DNA of 35,641 nucleotides from Planctomycetota bacterium (GTDB lineage Bacteria; Planctomycetota; Planctomycetia; Pirellulales; Pirellulaceae): NCBI GenBank assembly GCA_036124135.1, contig JAZADA010000342.1, positions 1 to 35,641 of the forward strand, read 5' to 3'. Shown piece by piece: positions 8,819 to 17,559 of this stretch (position 1 is its first letter; each line of letters starts with the position of its first letter). The notes under the pieces were generated by a model. It saw only the letters and a program-made list of their open reading frames with translations, ran no database searches and was not told where the DNA came from. The position numbers and the translations under genes were made by a program.

Positions 8819-11800
8819 ATGAATCGTGTCACCAAGTATCGTTACCTGTTTGGCTACCTGGCTCTTTCCCTGGCCCTGCTGGGCAACCCGCTGCTGGCCC
8901 AGGAGAAGCCGACAGAGCCGGATGTGAACCAGCAACTCAGCCAGCTGGAATCCGAGCTGGGTAAGTACAAGGATGCCTCGCCCGAAGCGGCTGCCCTCAT
9001 GCTGAAACTGGCCGACCAGTATTACCAGCACGGTCGGGCGCTGGGCCTGGTACGTATTTGCCAACGGTTTACCACTATCCAGATCAAGCATGCTCAACAT
9101 CAACAGATGATGCTCAAGCTGATCGACGGGCTGCAGGTGTTATCTCGTAACAAGGACATGATCGTGGCCTGCCGGCAATACCTGGAACGCTATGGAAAGT
9201 CGGCCCAGGCCAATTCCGTGGAAGTCCGCCTGGCAGATGCGTTGATGCAAACCACGGATCGTGAAGGAGCCGCTGTCGCCGCACATGCCGTCTGGAAACG
9301 AAACGCGAATAACCCGGTTGGTAAGAAGTACGCAGCCCTGGCGGTGGCGCGATACCAGGCATTGGGCGGCCAGTACCAGAAACAGGGTGGGGAGCTGTCA
9401 GAAGATGTTTTTAACCGTATGCCGACGGGTACCTTCGCCCAGTTCATGGGGGAAAATGCTGCCAGGTTGTACGCGACCATCGAGTTGCGAGTTGAATCGA
9501 ACCGGGTGATTGCCAAGTTGTTCCAGCGTGGCATGGCGGGGGATGCGAACAGCCAGCGACAATGGCATCTGCTCACCGCGCAAAATTACGAGAAATTACA
9601 GCAATACACCAACGCGGCGGCTGCTTACCAGCGAGTCCGACAGATACGAGATGAGGCCAATCTCCTTTATTCCCAGGTCATGAATGTCTACAACAGCCAG
9701 GCGAACCCGGCGCAGACAGAAGGCCTGATGAACCAGTTTAAGTCCAAGTATCCCACGGATGCCAGGAAATGGACCCTGCAACTGTACGTGGCCAACCAGT
9801 ACCTGGGAGCCAAGAACAAGCCCAAGGGATTGGCACTCATTGGTGATGCCCTGCAGGGAGATGCGGTCACGTTTGATGCCGCGGGTATCTTCCTGCGTGA
9901 AAATGGCAGCGAGCTGCCTCGACTCCAGGATACCGAGCGTGTCTTCCGTGCCGCGATTGGTAAACAGCAGGATCCAGCCAGTCGCGCTCGTTTGTACCGT
10001 TACCTCGCTTTCAATATCTACACGGGTGAAGCTGCCAATAAGAATCGATCCCTGGCATTGTGCCGGGAGTTCCTCTCTCGCTGGGCGGATAACAGCAGCG
10101 ACACAAGTACGATGATTAACTACCTGTTTTTCAATTCTCCTGATGACAACAGCTTTCGCAATGACGTCAAGATGGTCCTGGCGGCCCGGAAGAAATCCTT
10201 GCAGTATGCCAACCTGCTCAACTATCCAAAGGCCTGGCTGGCGGCCAATAAGTCGAACAAGGAACTAAAGACACGCACGGCAATCCTAAAACAGGAACTG
10301 GCCGCCGCCGACCAGGATCCTCTTTTGAAGCTGTGGATTACCTCCTCGGGAACCACCAAGAAATCAGCCGAGGTTCGCAGCCAATTGTTGCAGCCCAATT
10401 ACTTCAACGCCATGAATAACGAGATGGCGACCCGGTTGCTGTACCAGCAGACAGATTACTATCGACGTTATGCACCGACCGCCAAGCGAGGTGAGGGAAC
10501 GCCGTATTATGCCCAGTGGGTCCGGAAGTTTCCTACGGACGAACAGGTGGCGCGCAATTATATTACTTTCGCAACAGACTATGGTACGCCGGAAGACTGT
10601 CGCGCAGCCATGCAGCACATGCTTAGGTTCCAATGGAAGACGAGTGACCCGGATCTGCACCGACGCATGATGATTTGCGCAGGCCGTAACAAGGATGTGA
10701 ACCTGGCTCGCCAGGCATACAACTGGATCAAGCGAGAAGAACAAAAGCACGGTTACGTGGCCAGCTACACCATCGAGCAGGGGGATGTGCTGCAGGAAGT
10801 GAAGCTCGCCAAAGAGGCCCTGGAACGATTCACGATCGCCTCCAATGCACCCATCTTTACCCTCACCAGTCGAGATGGTGTGATGCGACGACTCGCCCTC
10901 GAGATGGACCGCGCGAAGAAAATCCAACTGCTGCAACAGGCAATTGCCAAGAAATCGGATTACTACGGTTACCTGATCCAGCAACTGGCTGCCATCTACC
11001 TGGCGCCCGAGGAAGGTCAGAAAGTTGACTGGAATGGCTTGCTGGCGTTGCTGGAACAGGAACAGAAACGCCGGGTGGAACGTCCCTTCCGAACTTCCGG
11101 ATTGGATCCCTATGCGGTTGTGGCCTACATGACCCCCTTGCGTGCCGATGAAGAAATGCCGCCGGCCCAGAAGACGCAGTTTCTCCAGCGATTTGCTCGC
11201 CTGGACCTGGAACTGGCGTCACCCGTGGCACAGATGTTTCTCTCCGATGCAGCATATCCAGCTGCCAGCCCGCTGACGCAACAGTTGCTGGTCTACCAGG
11301 CAACGACGATCCAGAGCGGTGAAACCTATCGGGGGTTTGACCAGTTGACTCAATTCGTGCGTGCTGCAGCCGCCAATCAACGTCATGTCGTGGCGACCAC
11401 CGTGGGAACAGGAATCCTGGAGAACTTTTCCGGGGTCGACGAGGGACGCAGGAAAGCCGTTCGTGATCTTGTCAGCAAGAGTTACACGCAGATTGGAGAG
11501 GTGGGCCTGACCATTGACGAGGACAGCCCGATTGCACCGTTGCTGCAGGCTGCACTGTACCTGCGACTGGGAGACCAGGAACTGGCTTTTGAGCTCTACA
11601 CGAAGAACACGGCCTTGTTTGATGAGCATCGTCAATTGATGCCGGTCGACCTGGTGGAATTTGTCGTGGAGCGATTGATTGCGGCGGGTGGCGATGAGAA
11701 CTTTAACTACGTGGAAGACCTGGTTCGCACCTGGATTGTTAAGAACACCGAGTCCGCGGAGGTGGGCCTGGAAGCCAAGGCAACCATGCAGTTGCTGCTG

Positions 11801-14800
11801 GCTCGTAACTATTTCAAGGCGCGTCGTTTCGATATTGCTCGCAATGAATTTACCACAGTCGTCAACCGGTATCCTGATACGACCCAGTCCGTGGAAGCCC
11901 AGTTTGGTATCGGTGAGTCCTTCATGGAACAGAAGGTATTTGACCAGGCCGCGCAGGTATTCGATAAGCTGGCCAACAGCACGGAGACGCTGATCGTGGT
12001 GCGAGCGGAGTTCCTGCGAGGCGTGCTCTCCTTCAGGCGCGGTGATCGAGATGAGGCCCGGGGGATTTTCCGCAGTGTCCTGGAACGGGTGCCGGATGTC
12101 GAACTTGCAAACCAGACACTCTATAACCTGGCAGAAGTTTATCGTGTTGAGGAGCGTTACATTGATCAGCTGAACCTGCTGCGCACGATTGGTCGACTCG
12201 GTCGGCGCAGCAAGAATCGGCATGCCCCAGGTATGCCGCTCTCGATCGTTGTCCATGACAGTGATCTCGGGATTAGTCGTGGTCAGAGCCGGATCCCGGT
12301 GATCGTGACCACCGAACCAGGAAAAGATCGTGAAATGGTTTACCTGGTCTCCACGGGAGCCGGAAAAGGTCTGTTCCGGACCGATCTTGAAACCACGCTG
12401 GGCGAGGTGACAGCCGGCGATGGCCGCCTGCAACTGACGGGTAAAGATGTGATCCGTTGTGATTACCCGGATGAGTTCAAGAAGGAATTCAAGAGTGTTC
12501 CGTTGTCCGATGTCGATATTCGCGTGGCCGCCAATGCAGATTTCGAAATTGCCAGTAGCACGCTCGATGGTGACGAGGAAATATCGTTTAGCCAGGCACT
12601 GGCCGAACAGGAGAAAGAGACAGGGGATGCCAGGTTGTCCCAGGCCCGACCCTCGAACCAGGTCAAGCCAGGGAATCCACTTTATATTCGCGTCGATGAC
12701 ACGGATCGTGACCTGGGACCTGAACTCGACAACCTGGTGGTCAAGATGGTGACGGATAGTGGTGACGAGGTCCAGGTGAACATTACCGAGACGGCACCAC
12801 ATAGTGGCATTTTTGAAGGCCAGGTAAAAACTGCGGAACTACCGGCAGGTGCCCTGGCGACTGATTCAGCAATTAATCACAGTCCACTGATGGCGATTGA
12901 CAAGGACCCCAAGACTTTCTGGTCCAGTCAGCCGGATGGCGCAGCTCCCAAGGCCCTGACCGTGGACATGAAGGACCTGTATTCCATCTCTCGAGTCAGT
13001 ATCGCGACCCCGTCCCTGGAGACCAATACCCCCGTGCGGATGGACCTGTTGGGAAGTTACGACGGGGAATTCTGGTTTCGCCTTTCCAGCTTTCCACAGC
13101 GTGCCACGGTAGCTCCGGTTACCAAGGAAATTTCCGGGATCAAGCAAACCATGGTCATGGGTAACCACCTGTCCTACCGCGACTGGAACCAGGTCGTGGG
13201 CCTGGCCGGTGTTTCTGATGCGAAAACCTCGACCGTGGAATCGGAACTGCTGTTTTCAGAAGAAATTCCCGAGGGTGAGAAAGCGGTGGCCCGTTCCATT
13301 ATCTGGAATGGATTGTTGAATATTGAAAAAACGGGTGCCGTACGGTTTCGCGTACGCGGTAACACGACGGGCCTGGTCGTAAACGGAGTTCTCGAACTTG
13401 CCGTCGCTCCCGGGTCGCGAACGGTTGATGTCTGGATGGAGAAAGGTCATCACGAGATCACGGCTTTCAGTGCCTTTGGCAACCAGCAGCAGGGAGCCGC
13501 ACTTGATTACGCAATGGCTAGCGTGGATACGCAGCGAGTGATTCTGCAACCGTTGCGAGCAGAACAATTCGTGGCAGCCAAGCCGACGGAAGTTGAGATT
13601 CTCACGACCCCGAAGGTGATCAAGCGAATCGATGTCAAGGGAGCGCAGCTCACCAAGAAAACAGAAACGTTTGCCCTCGTCGAGAAGGCCGAAGTGATGG
13701 TAACCCAGAACTGGAATACGGTGGAAGATCTGCTGACACTGAACATGGACGGGACACCACCGGGCGTGTACGAGTTGTGGCTGGAGTATTCTCGTAGCGG
13801 TACGGGGAATGTCGTGAATATCGATTTTGGTAACCAGTCGCTGGTTCACCCGGTGATGAATACCGCCTCCTGGGATACCTATCGAACGTTCTTTGCAGGG
13901 AACCTGATGATCGAGGCCTCGGGTCAAAAAAATCTTGTTTTCACTCCCGCGACGGTAAGCTCCAACCTGATGGAACTCAAGGCGGTCGAATTACGTCCTG
14001 TCGAGCATGATGCTGTCGTGAAAAACGGGGATGCCTGGGAATTCCGGTTCCCGCATCGAGAACTTCGCTACACCCGCGTTGTTGTTAACGAGTACGTGGG
14101 CGACGCCGTGGCGATTAACCATGTTGAGGTTGGTGACGCCGCGACAGGTAAGGACCAGATTCCCACGGATGCCGATATCCTGTCACTGGCCAGTAACCAG
14201 ACACTGGAGATTGCTGCCGGAGATCGCGTGGTGGCAACCTATACCGATGAATTCACACAGAACGACCTGGACACCAGTCAATTGCTGACGCATGAATTGA
14301 CTGCCACCTACAACAATGCAGATATCAATGCGATTTCCTATACCTTGTCGCAGGCAGGTGGCGGTGGCGTTGCGACGCAACGCAAGGAATTGATGCGTGT
14401 TGACCCGGGTGAACGAATCGTGGTGGAAGTGGTCGACTTTGACGAGGACAAGACCAATGAAATCGACAAGGTAATGGTGGAAGTGGTCGTCAATGACGGC
14501 GAACCGATCCAGGTGGAAGCCACGGAAACCGATCCCAACTCGGGAATCTTTACCCGCGAGATTGATACCACGGCAGGCAAGGAAGAGGGGCAGCTAACCG
14601 TCAAGCAGGGAGACGTGGTCTACCTGAGATATAACGATACCCAGAATACCTTCCCGGGGCATACGGTTCCGCGGGAACGTGCCGTCTTCGTGAACGAACC
14701 GACCGATGGAACGATCCGAATCATTCCATCGCTGGCCAGGAGAGTGACCCAGCAGGGTAACGTCTCGGCCGTCTACCTGTCCGATACGGAAAAAACAGAA

Positions 14801-16474
14801 TCGTCCGCCGTGGCCTTTGCCGTGCCGTTGTTGGTGGAGGTCATCGATCCGGATCGTGCCAAGGATTCAGCCAGCAAGATCAACGTGGCCTTGCAGACCA
14901 CCGGAGGGTCGACGGTAGTCGTGGAATGCGTGGTCAGTAATGCCCATTCGGATCTTCCCCAGAGTGTGGCTGGTAACGAGGCCCTATTGGCTGGTCGGTT
15001 CGTGGGACAGGTGATCATGCAACTGGGTAGCAAGGATAGCCCTGCGATTATTCCGCTCACGGGTGAGATGCCGCGTGGGTTGATTGGACGTGTCCATGAT
15101 GGAACCGAGGATGCTGAGCCACTTCCAGGGTTGGTCGCGATGGTACTGAACCTGACCGGCCAGGATACGATCACCGCCCAGTACCGTGACGAGGTGAACC
15201 TGTCAGGCAAACGGGTACTCCGTAACCATGCCGGCAAACTGGTGGCGACCGGTCAACTGCAGGTAACCGATCGGGAATACGAGGAATCCCTGGAACAACT
15301 CCACGTGGGTGAGAAGCTGTTCCTGAAAGTGAATGATCCGGACCAGGATATTTCCAATGATCGCGACCGTATCGAGGTCACGATCAGTACGGAGCTTGGT
15401 GAGAAAGAGACCGTGGAACTGTTCGAAACAACGGTCCATAGTGGTGAGTTCACGGCTGCCTTTGCACTCCGGGCCAAGGCGACTCCGACGGCTGGTAACC
15501 TGGATGCCACGGATCCTTTCATTGAATCGTACTTCGGAGATGTCGTGACAGCGACCTATACCGACACCCGTTCCGCGGATTCCACGGAACCGGTCGACCT
15601 GCAACAGGAAGTTCCCGTGGTCGTCGGGACCAATGGCCTGGTCACGGCCTTTACCAAGGCATTCAATGACGAGGGCCTGGCAGTGGAGACCAAGTTCAGG
15701 ATTGCCGAAAGCTACTTCGAGTTATTCAAGAGCCACAAGGAACTTGAGCGCAATGATGAACAGACCGCGGATCTCGAGGCGGGACGTCGTATTCTCAACG
15801 AGGTGATCGAGGATTATCCTGACCCCAGGTACGTGCCACGCATCTCCTACCTGCTGGGCCAGTTTTCCCAGGAGCTGGAGCAATGGAAACAGGCGATCGA
15901 GTCTTACCAGGTGATCTTACAGCAATACGGGGACCATACGCTGGCGCCCGATGCCCAGTATAAGATGGCCCAGTGTTACGAGCAGGCAGGTGATTTTGAC
16001 GAGGCCCTGGAGGCTTATGTCACGCTGGCTGCCACCTATCCCAAGAGTCCGCTGATTTCGAGCGTGATGATTCGTATCTCGGATTATTTCTACAAGTCGG
16101 AGGATTTCCAGGTCGCCGCCCAGGTCGGAGAAAAATTCCTGGAACGATTTGACGGGCACGAACATGGTGCTCGCATGGCCTTCCGCGTCGGGCAGTGTTA
16201 CTACAAGAACGAGCAGTATCGGGAGGCCGGTACTGCATTTGACCGGTTTGCCAAGTTGTTCCCCGAGGATCCACTGGGAGCCGATGCCATGTTCTGGAGT
16301 GGTGAAAGTTACCGCATGGGTAAAAATAACCTGTTTGCGTTCCGACGCTACTATCGCTGTCACTCGGATTTCCCGTCCAGTGATGCTGCGAAGTATGCCC
16401 GCGGACGACTGGCCGAACCTGATATGCTGAACCAGTTTGAAGCGGAAGCCAACAGCATTGATAACGAAAACTAG
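8819..16474 (+). CDS. Giant secreted protein with three parts: about 1130-aa all-helical/TPR-like N-region, about 1130-aa beta-sandwich/lectin-like core, and a YbgF/BamD-like TPR C-region
   Basis: Uninterrupted 2551-aa ORF with a signal peptide (MNRVTKYRYLFGYLALSLALLGNPLLAQE). The core contains five copies of the repeat module plus discoidin-like, PA14-like and CBM-like segments. The C-terminus carries TPR strings (QQYGDHTLAPDAQYKMAQCYEQAGDFDEALEAY, TYPKSPL, LFPEDPLGADAMFWSGESY, DFPSSDAAKYARGRL). Confidence 0.93.
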   Translation: MNRVTKYRYLFGYLALSLALLGNPLLAQEKPTEPDVNQQLSQLESELGKYKDASPEAAALMLKLADQYYQHGRALGLVRICQRFTTIQIKHAQHQQMMLKLIDGLQVLSRNKDMIVACRQYLERYGKSAQANSVEVRLADALMQTTDREGAAVAAHAVWKRNANNPVGKKYAALAVARYQALGGQYQKQGGELSEDVFNRMPTGTFAQFMGENAARLYATIELRVESNRVIAKLFQRGMAGDANSQRQWHLLTAQNYEKLQQYTNAAAAYQRVRQIRDEANLLYSQVMNVYNSQANPAQTEGLMNQFKSKYPTDARKWTLQLYVANQYLGAKNKPKGLALIGDALQGDAVTFDAAGIFLRENGSELPRLQDTERVFRAAIGKQQDPASRARLYRYLAFNIYTGEAANKNRSLALCREFLSRWADNSSDTSTMINYLFFNSPDDNSFRNDVKMVLAARKKSLQYANLLNYPKAWLAANKSNKELKTRTAILKQELAAADQDPLLKLWITSSGTTKKSAEVRSQLLQPNYFNAMNNEMATRLLYQQTDYYRRYAPTAKRGEGTPYYAQWVRKFPTDEQVARNYITFATDYGTPEDCRAAMQHMLRFQWKTSDPDLHRRMMICAGRNKDVNLARQAYNWIKREEQKHGYVASYTIEQGDVLQEVKLAKEALERFTIASNAPIFTLTSRDGVMRRLALEMDRAKKIQLLQQAIAKKSDYYGYLIQQLAAIYLAPEEGQKVDWNGLLALLEQEQKRRVERPFRTSGLDPYAVVAYMTPLRADEEMPPAQKTQFLQRFARLDLELASPVAQMFLSDAAYPAASPLTQQLLVYQATTIQSGETYRGFDQLTQFVRAAAANQRHVVATTVGTGILENFSGVDEGRRKAVRDLVSKSYTQIGEVGLTIDEDSPIAPLLQAALYLRLGDQELAFELYTKNTALFDEHRQLMPVDLVEFVVERLIAAGGDENFNYVEDLVRTWIVKNTESAEVGLEAKATMQLLLARNYFKARRFDIARNEFTTVVNRYPDTTQSVEAQFGIGESFMEQKVFDQAAQVFDKLANSTETLIVVRAEFLRGVLSFRRGDRDEARGIFRSVLERVPDVELANQTLYNLAEVYRVEERYIDQLNLLRTIGRLGRRSKNRHAPGMPLSIVVHDSDLGISRGQSRIPVIVTTEPGKDREMVYLVSTGAGKGLFRTDLETTLGEVTAGDGRLQLTGKDVIRCDYPDEFKKEFKSVPLSDVDIRVAANADFEIASSTLDGDEEISFSQALAEQEKETGDARLSQARPSNQVKPGNPLYIRVDDTDRDLGPELDNLVVKMVTDSGDEVQVNITETAPHSGIFEGQVKTAELPAGALATDSAINHSPLMAIDKDPKTFWSSQPDGAAPKALTVDMKDLYSISRVSIATPSLETNTPVRMDLLGSYDGEFWFRLSSFPQRATVAPVTKEISGIKQTMVMGNHLSYRDWNQVVGLAGVSDAKTSTVESELLFSEEIPEGEKAVARSIIWNGLLNIEKTGAVRFRVRGNTTGLVVNGVLELAVAPGSRTVDVWMEKGHHEITAFSAFGNQQQGAALDYAMASVDTQRVILQPLRAEQFVAAKPTEVEILTTPKVIKRIDVKGAQLTKKTETFALVEKAEVMVTQNWNTVEDLLTLNMDGTPPGVYELWLEYSRSGTGNVVNIDFGNQSLVHPVMNTASWDTYRTFFAGNLMIEASGQKNLVFTPATVSSNLMELKAVELRPVEHDAVVKNGDAWEFRFPHRELRYTRVVVNEYVGDAVAINHVEVGDAATGKDQIPTDADILSLASNQTLEIAAGDRVVATYTDEFTQNDLDTSQLLTHELTATYNNADINAISYTLSQAGGGGVATQRKELMRVDPGERIVVEVVDFDEDKTNEIDKVMVEVVVNDGEPIQVEATETDPNSGIFTREIDTTAGKEEGQLTVKQGDVVYLRYNDTQNTFPGHTVPRERAVFVNEPTDGTIRIIPSLARRVTQQGNVSAVYLSDTEKTESSAVAFAVPLLVEVIDPDRAKDSASKINVALQTTGGSTVVVECVVSNAHSDLPQSVAGNEALLAGRFVGQVIMQLGSKDSPAIIPLTGEMPRGLIGRVHDGTEDAEPLPGLVAMVLNLTGQDTITAQYRDEVNLSGKRVLRNHAGKLVATGQLQVTDREYEESLEQLHVGEKLFLKVNDPDQDISNDRDRIEVTISTELGEKETVELFETTVHSGEFTAAFALRAKATPTAGNLDATDPFIESYFGDVVTATYTDTRSADSTEPVDLQQEVPVVVGTNGLVTAFTKAFNDEGLAVETKFRIAESYFELFKSHKELERNDEQTADLEAGRRILNEVIEDYPDPRYVPRISYLLGQFSQELEQWKQAIESYQVILQQYGDHTLAPDAQYKMAQCYEQAGDFDEALEAYVTLAATYPKSPLISSVMIRISDYFYKSEDFQVAAQVGEKFLERFDGHEHGARMAFRVGQCYYKNEQYREAGTAFDRFAKLFPEDPLGADAMFWSGESYRMGKNNLFAFRRYYRCHSDFPSSDAAKYARGRLAEPDMLNQFEAEANSIDNEN
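12232..15580 (+). repeat. Five protein-level copies of the same beta-module in the giant protein
   Basis: Approximate units are R1 12232-12490, R2 12671-12850 plus 14198-14266 (split), R3 14408-14653, R4 14815-15208 and R5 15308-15580. R1: LSIVVHDSDLGISRGQSRIPVIV..GKGLFRTDLET..LTGKDVIRCDYPDEF. R2: LYIRVDDTDRDLGPELDNLVVKMVTDSGDEVQVNITETAPHSGIFEGQV, with the tail LEIAAGDRVVATYTDEF. R3: IVVEVVDFDEDKTNEIDKVMVEVVVNDGEPIQVEATETDPNSGIFTREI..VKQGDVVYLRYNDTQ. R4: LLVEVIDPDRAKDSASKINVALQ..AGRFVGQV..GQDTITAQYRDEV. R5: LFLKVNDPDQDISNDRDRIEVTISTELGEKETVELFETTVHSGEFTAAF..FGDVVTATYTDTR. Confidence 0.7.
12851..14137 (+). other. Lectin-like block inside the giant protein: discoidin/F5-8-type-C-like (about 12851-13100), PA14-like (about 13229-13510), and CBM6/35-like plus a discoidin-like tail (about 13700-14137)
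   Basis: Discoidin-like: AIDKDPKTFWSSQPDGAAPKALTVDMKDLYSISRVSIATP...LLGSYDGEFW. PA14-like: IIWNGLLNIEKTGAVRFRVRGNTTGLVVNGVLE...VDVWMEKGHHEITAF. CBM-like: PPGVYELWLEYSRSGTGNVVNIDFGNQ...TASWDTYRTFFAGNLMIEASGQKNLVF. Discoidin-like tail: ELRYTRVVVNEYVGDAVAINHVEV. Family assignments were made by eye only. Confidence 0.45.
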
Positions 16475-16560
16475 TGTAACGATTCGAATAGCGACAACTT
16501 GAGGATGAAACATTGGCATCTTTACGACACCATGAATTCACGTTGGCCAGGCCATGGGGC

Positions 16561-17556
16561 ATGATAACCGCTGCCTTGCTGGGTATCTTTTTAGCGTTGA
16601 GCAGTCCGGTAGGCTTTGCCCAGGATGACATCCTGGGAGATCTGGAAAAGAAGAAAGCGCAGGAAAAGCAGGCTGCGGCCGTGGATCCAGCAGGCGGGGA
16701 AAAGCCGGCCGCAACGACTCCCCAGGGTTCCACGGATACCGGAGAAGCCGTTGATCAACAGCAACCATCCGGGGAAGCTGAGCAAGCGGATAGCGGGAAT
16801 GCCGCTGCATCCGAGGAGGAAGCCGAGGAAGCAGGGAGTGATGAACCGAGTGACATTGAACGTTTCCTGGATTCAGGTGCGATCGGATTGTTGCTCAACG
16901 GTGGCGTCTTTATGTGGCCCATTCTCCTCATGGGTATTCTTGCTGTCGGGGTCATTATCGAACGGTACCGCGCCCTGAAAATGTTGCACGTGGATGATTT
17001 TAAGATCAGGGACCAGGTCCAGGATCTGCTCTACGAAGATAAGGTCGAGGATGCGCTGGCGCTGTGTGATCGTGAGCAGGGGCCGGTACCCGCTGTCCTG
17101 TCAGCAGGATTACGAAAATACTACGTGTTGCGGAAGTTGGATTACGATGCGGCCCGTACCGAGGAACAGGTCGTTAAGGCCATGGATGATTACAGTGTCC
17201 ATATCGTGGCGGAACTGGAACGGCACATTCCCGTGCTGGCGACCATTTCCAGTGCTGCGCCGATGCTTGGATTCCTGGGGACGGTCCAGGGAATGATCGT
17301 GGCCTTCCAGCAAATCGTGGAACAAATGGGTGAAACGAATATCGTGGAAGCAGCGGCCAGTGGTATCCAGGTATCCCTGCTGACAACCTGTTTTGGATTG
17401 ATCGTCGGTATCCCGGCATTCGTGGCGTTTAACTATTTCACGAGCGTGATCAACAGTTTTGTCCTCCAGGTCGAGCAGTCCGCGACGGACTTGATCGAGG
17501 GAGTGACTATCCAGTTGGCGGCAGCCGGCGATTCGGGGCAGGGGAGCCAGGAATAA
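16561..17556 (+). CDS. MotA/TolQ/ExbB-family proton-channel protein with a signal peptide and an acidic N-terminal extension
   Basis: The track ORF opens at a TTG at 16513. I prefer the ATG at 16561, which gives MITAALLGIFLALSSPVGFAQDD. Family signatures: GGVFMWPILLMGILAVGVIIERY, ISSAAPMLGFLGTVQGMIVAF and GIQVSLLTTCFGLIVGIPAFVAFNYF. Confidence 0.92.
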   Translation: MITAALLGIFLALSSPVGFAQDDILGDLEKKKAQEKQAAAVDPAGGEKPAATTPQGSTDTGEAVDQQQPSGEAEQADSGNAAASEEEAEEAGSDEPSDIERFLDSGAIGLLLNGGVFMWPILLMGILAVGVIIERYRALKMLHVDDFKIRDQVQDLLYEDKVEDALALCDREQGPVPAVLSAGLRKYYVLRKLDYDAARTEEQVVKAMDDYSVHIVAELERHIPVLATISSAAPMLGFLGTVQGMIVAFQQIVEQMGETNIVEAAASGIQVSLLTTCFGLIVGIPAFVAFNYFTSVINSFVLQVEQSATDLIEGVTIQLAAAGDSGQGSQE

Positions 17557-17559
17557 CGC

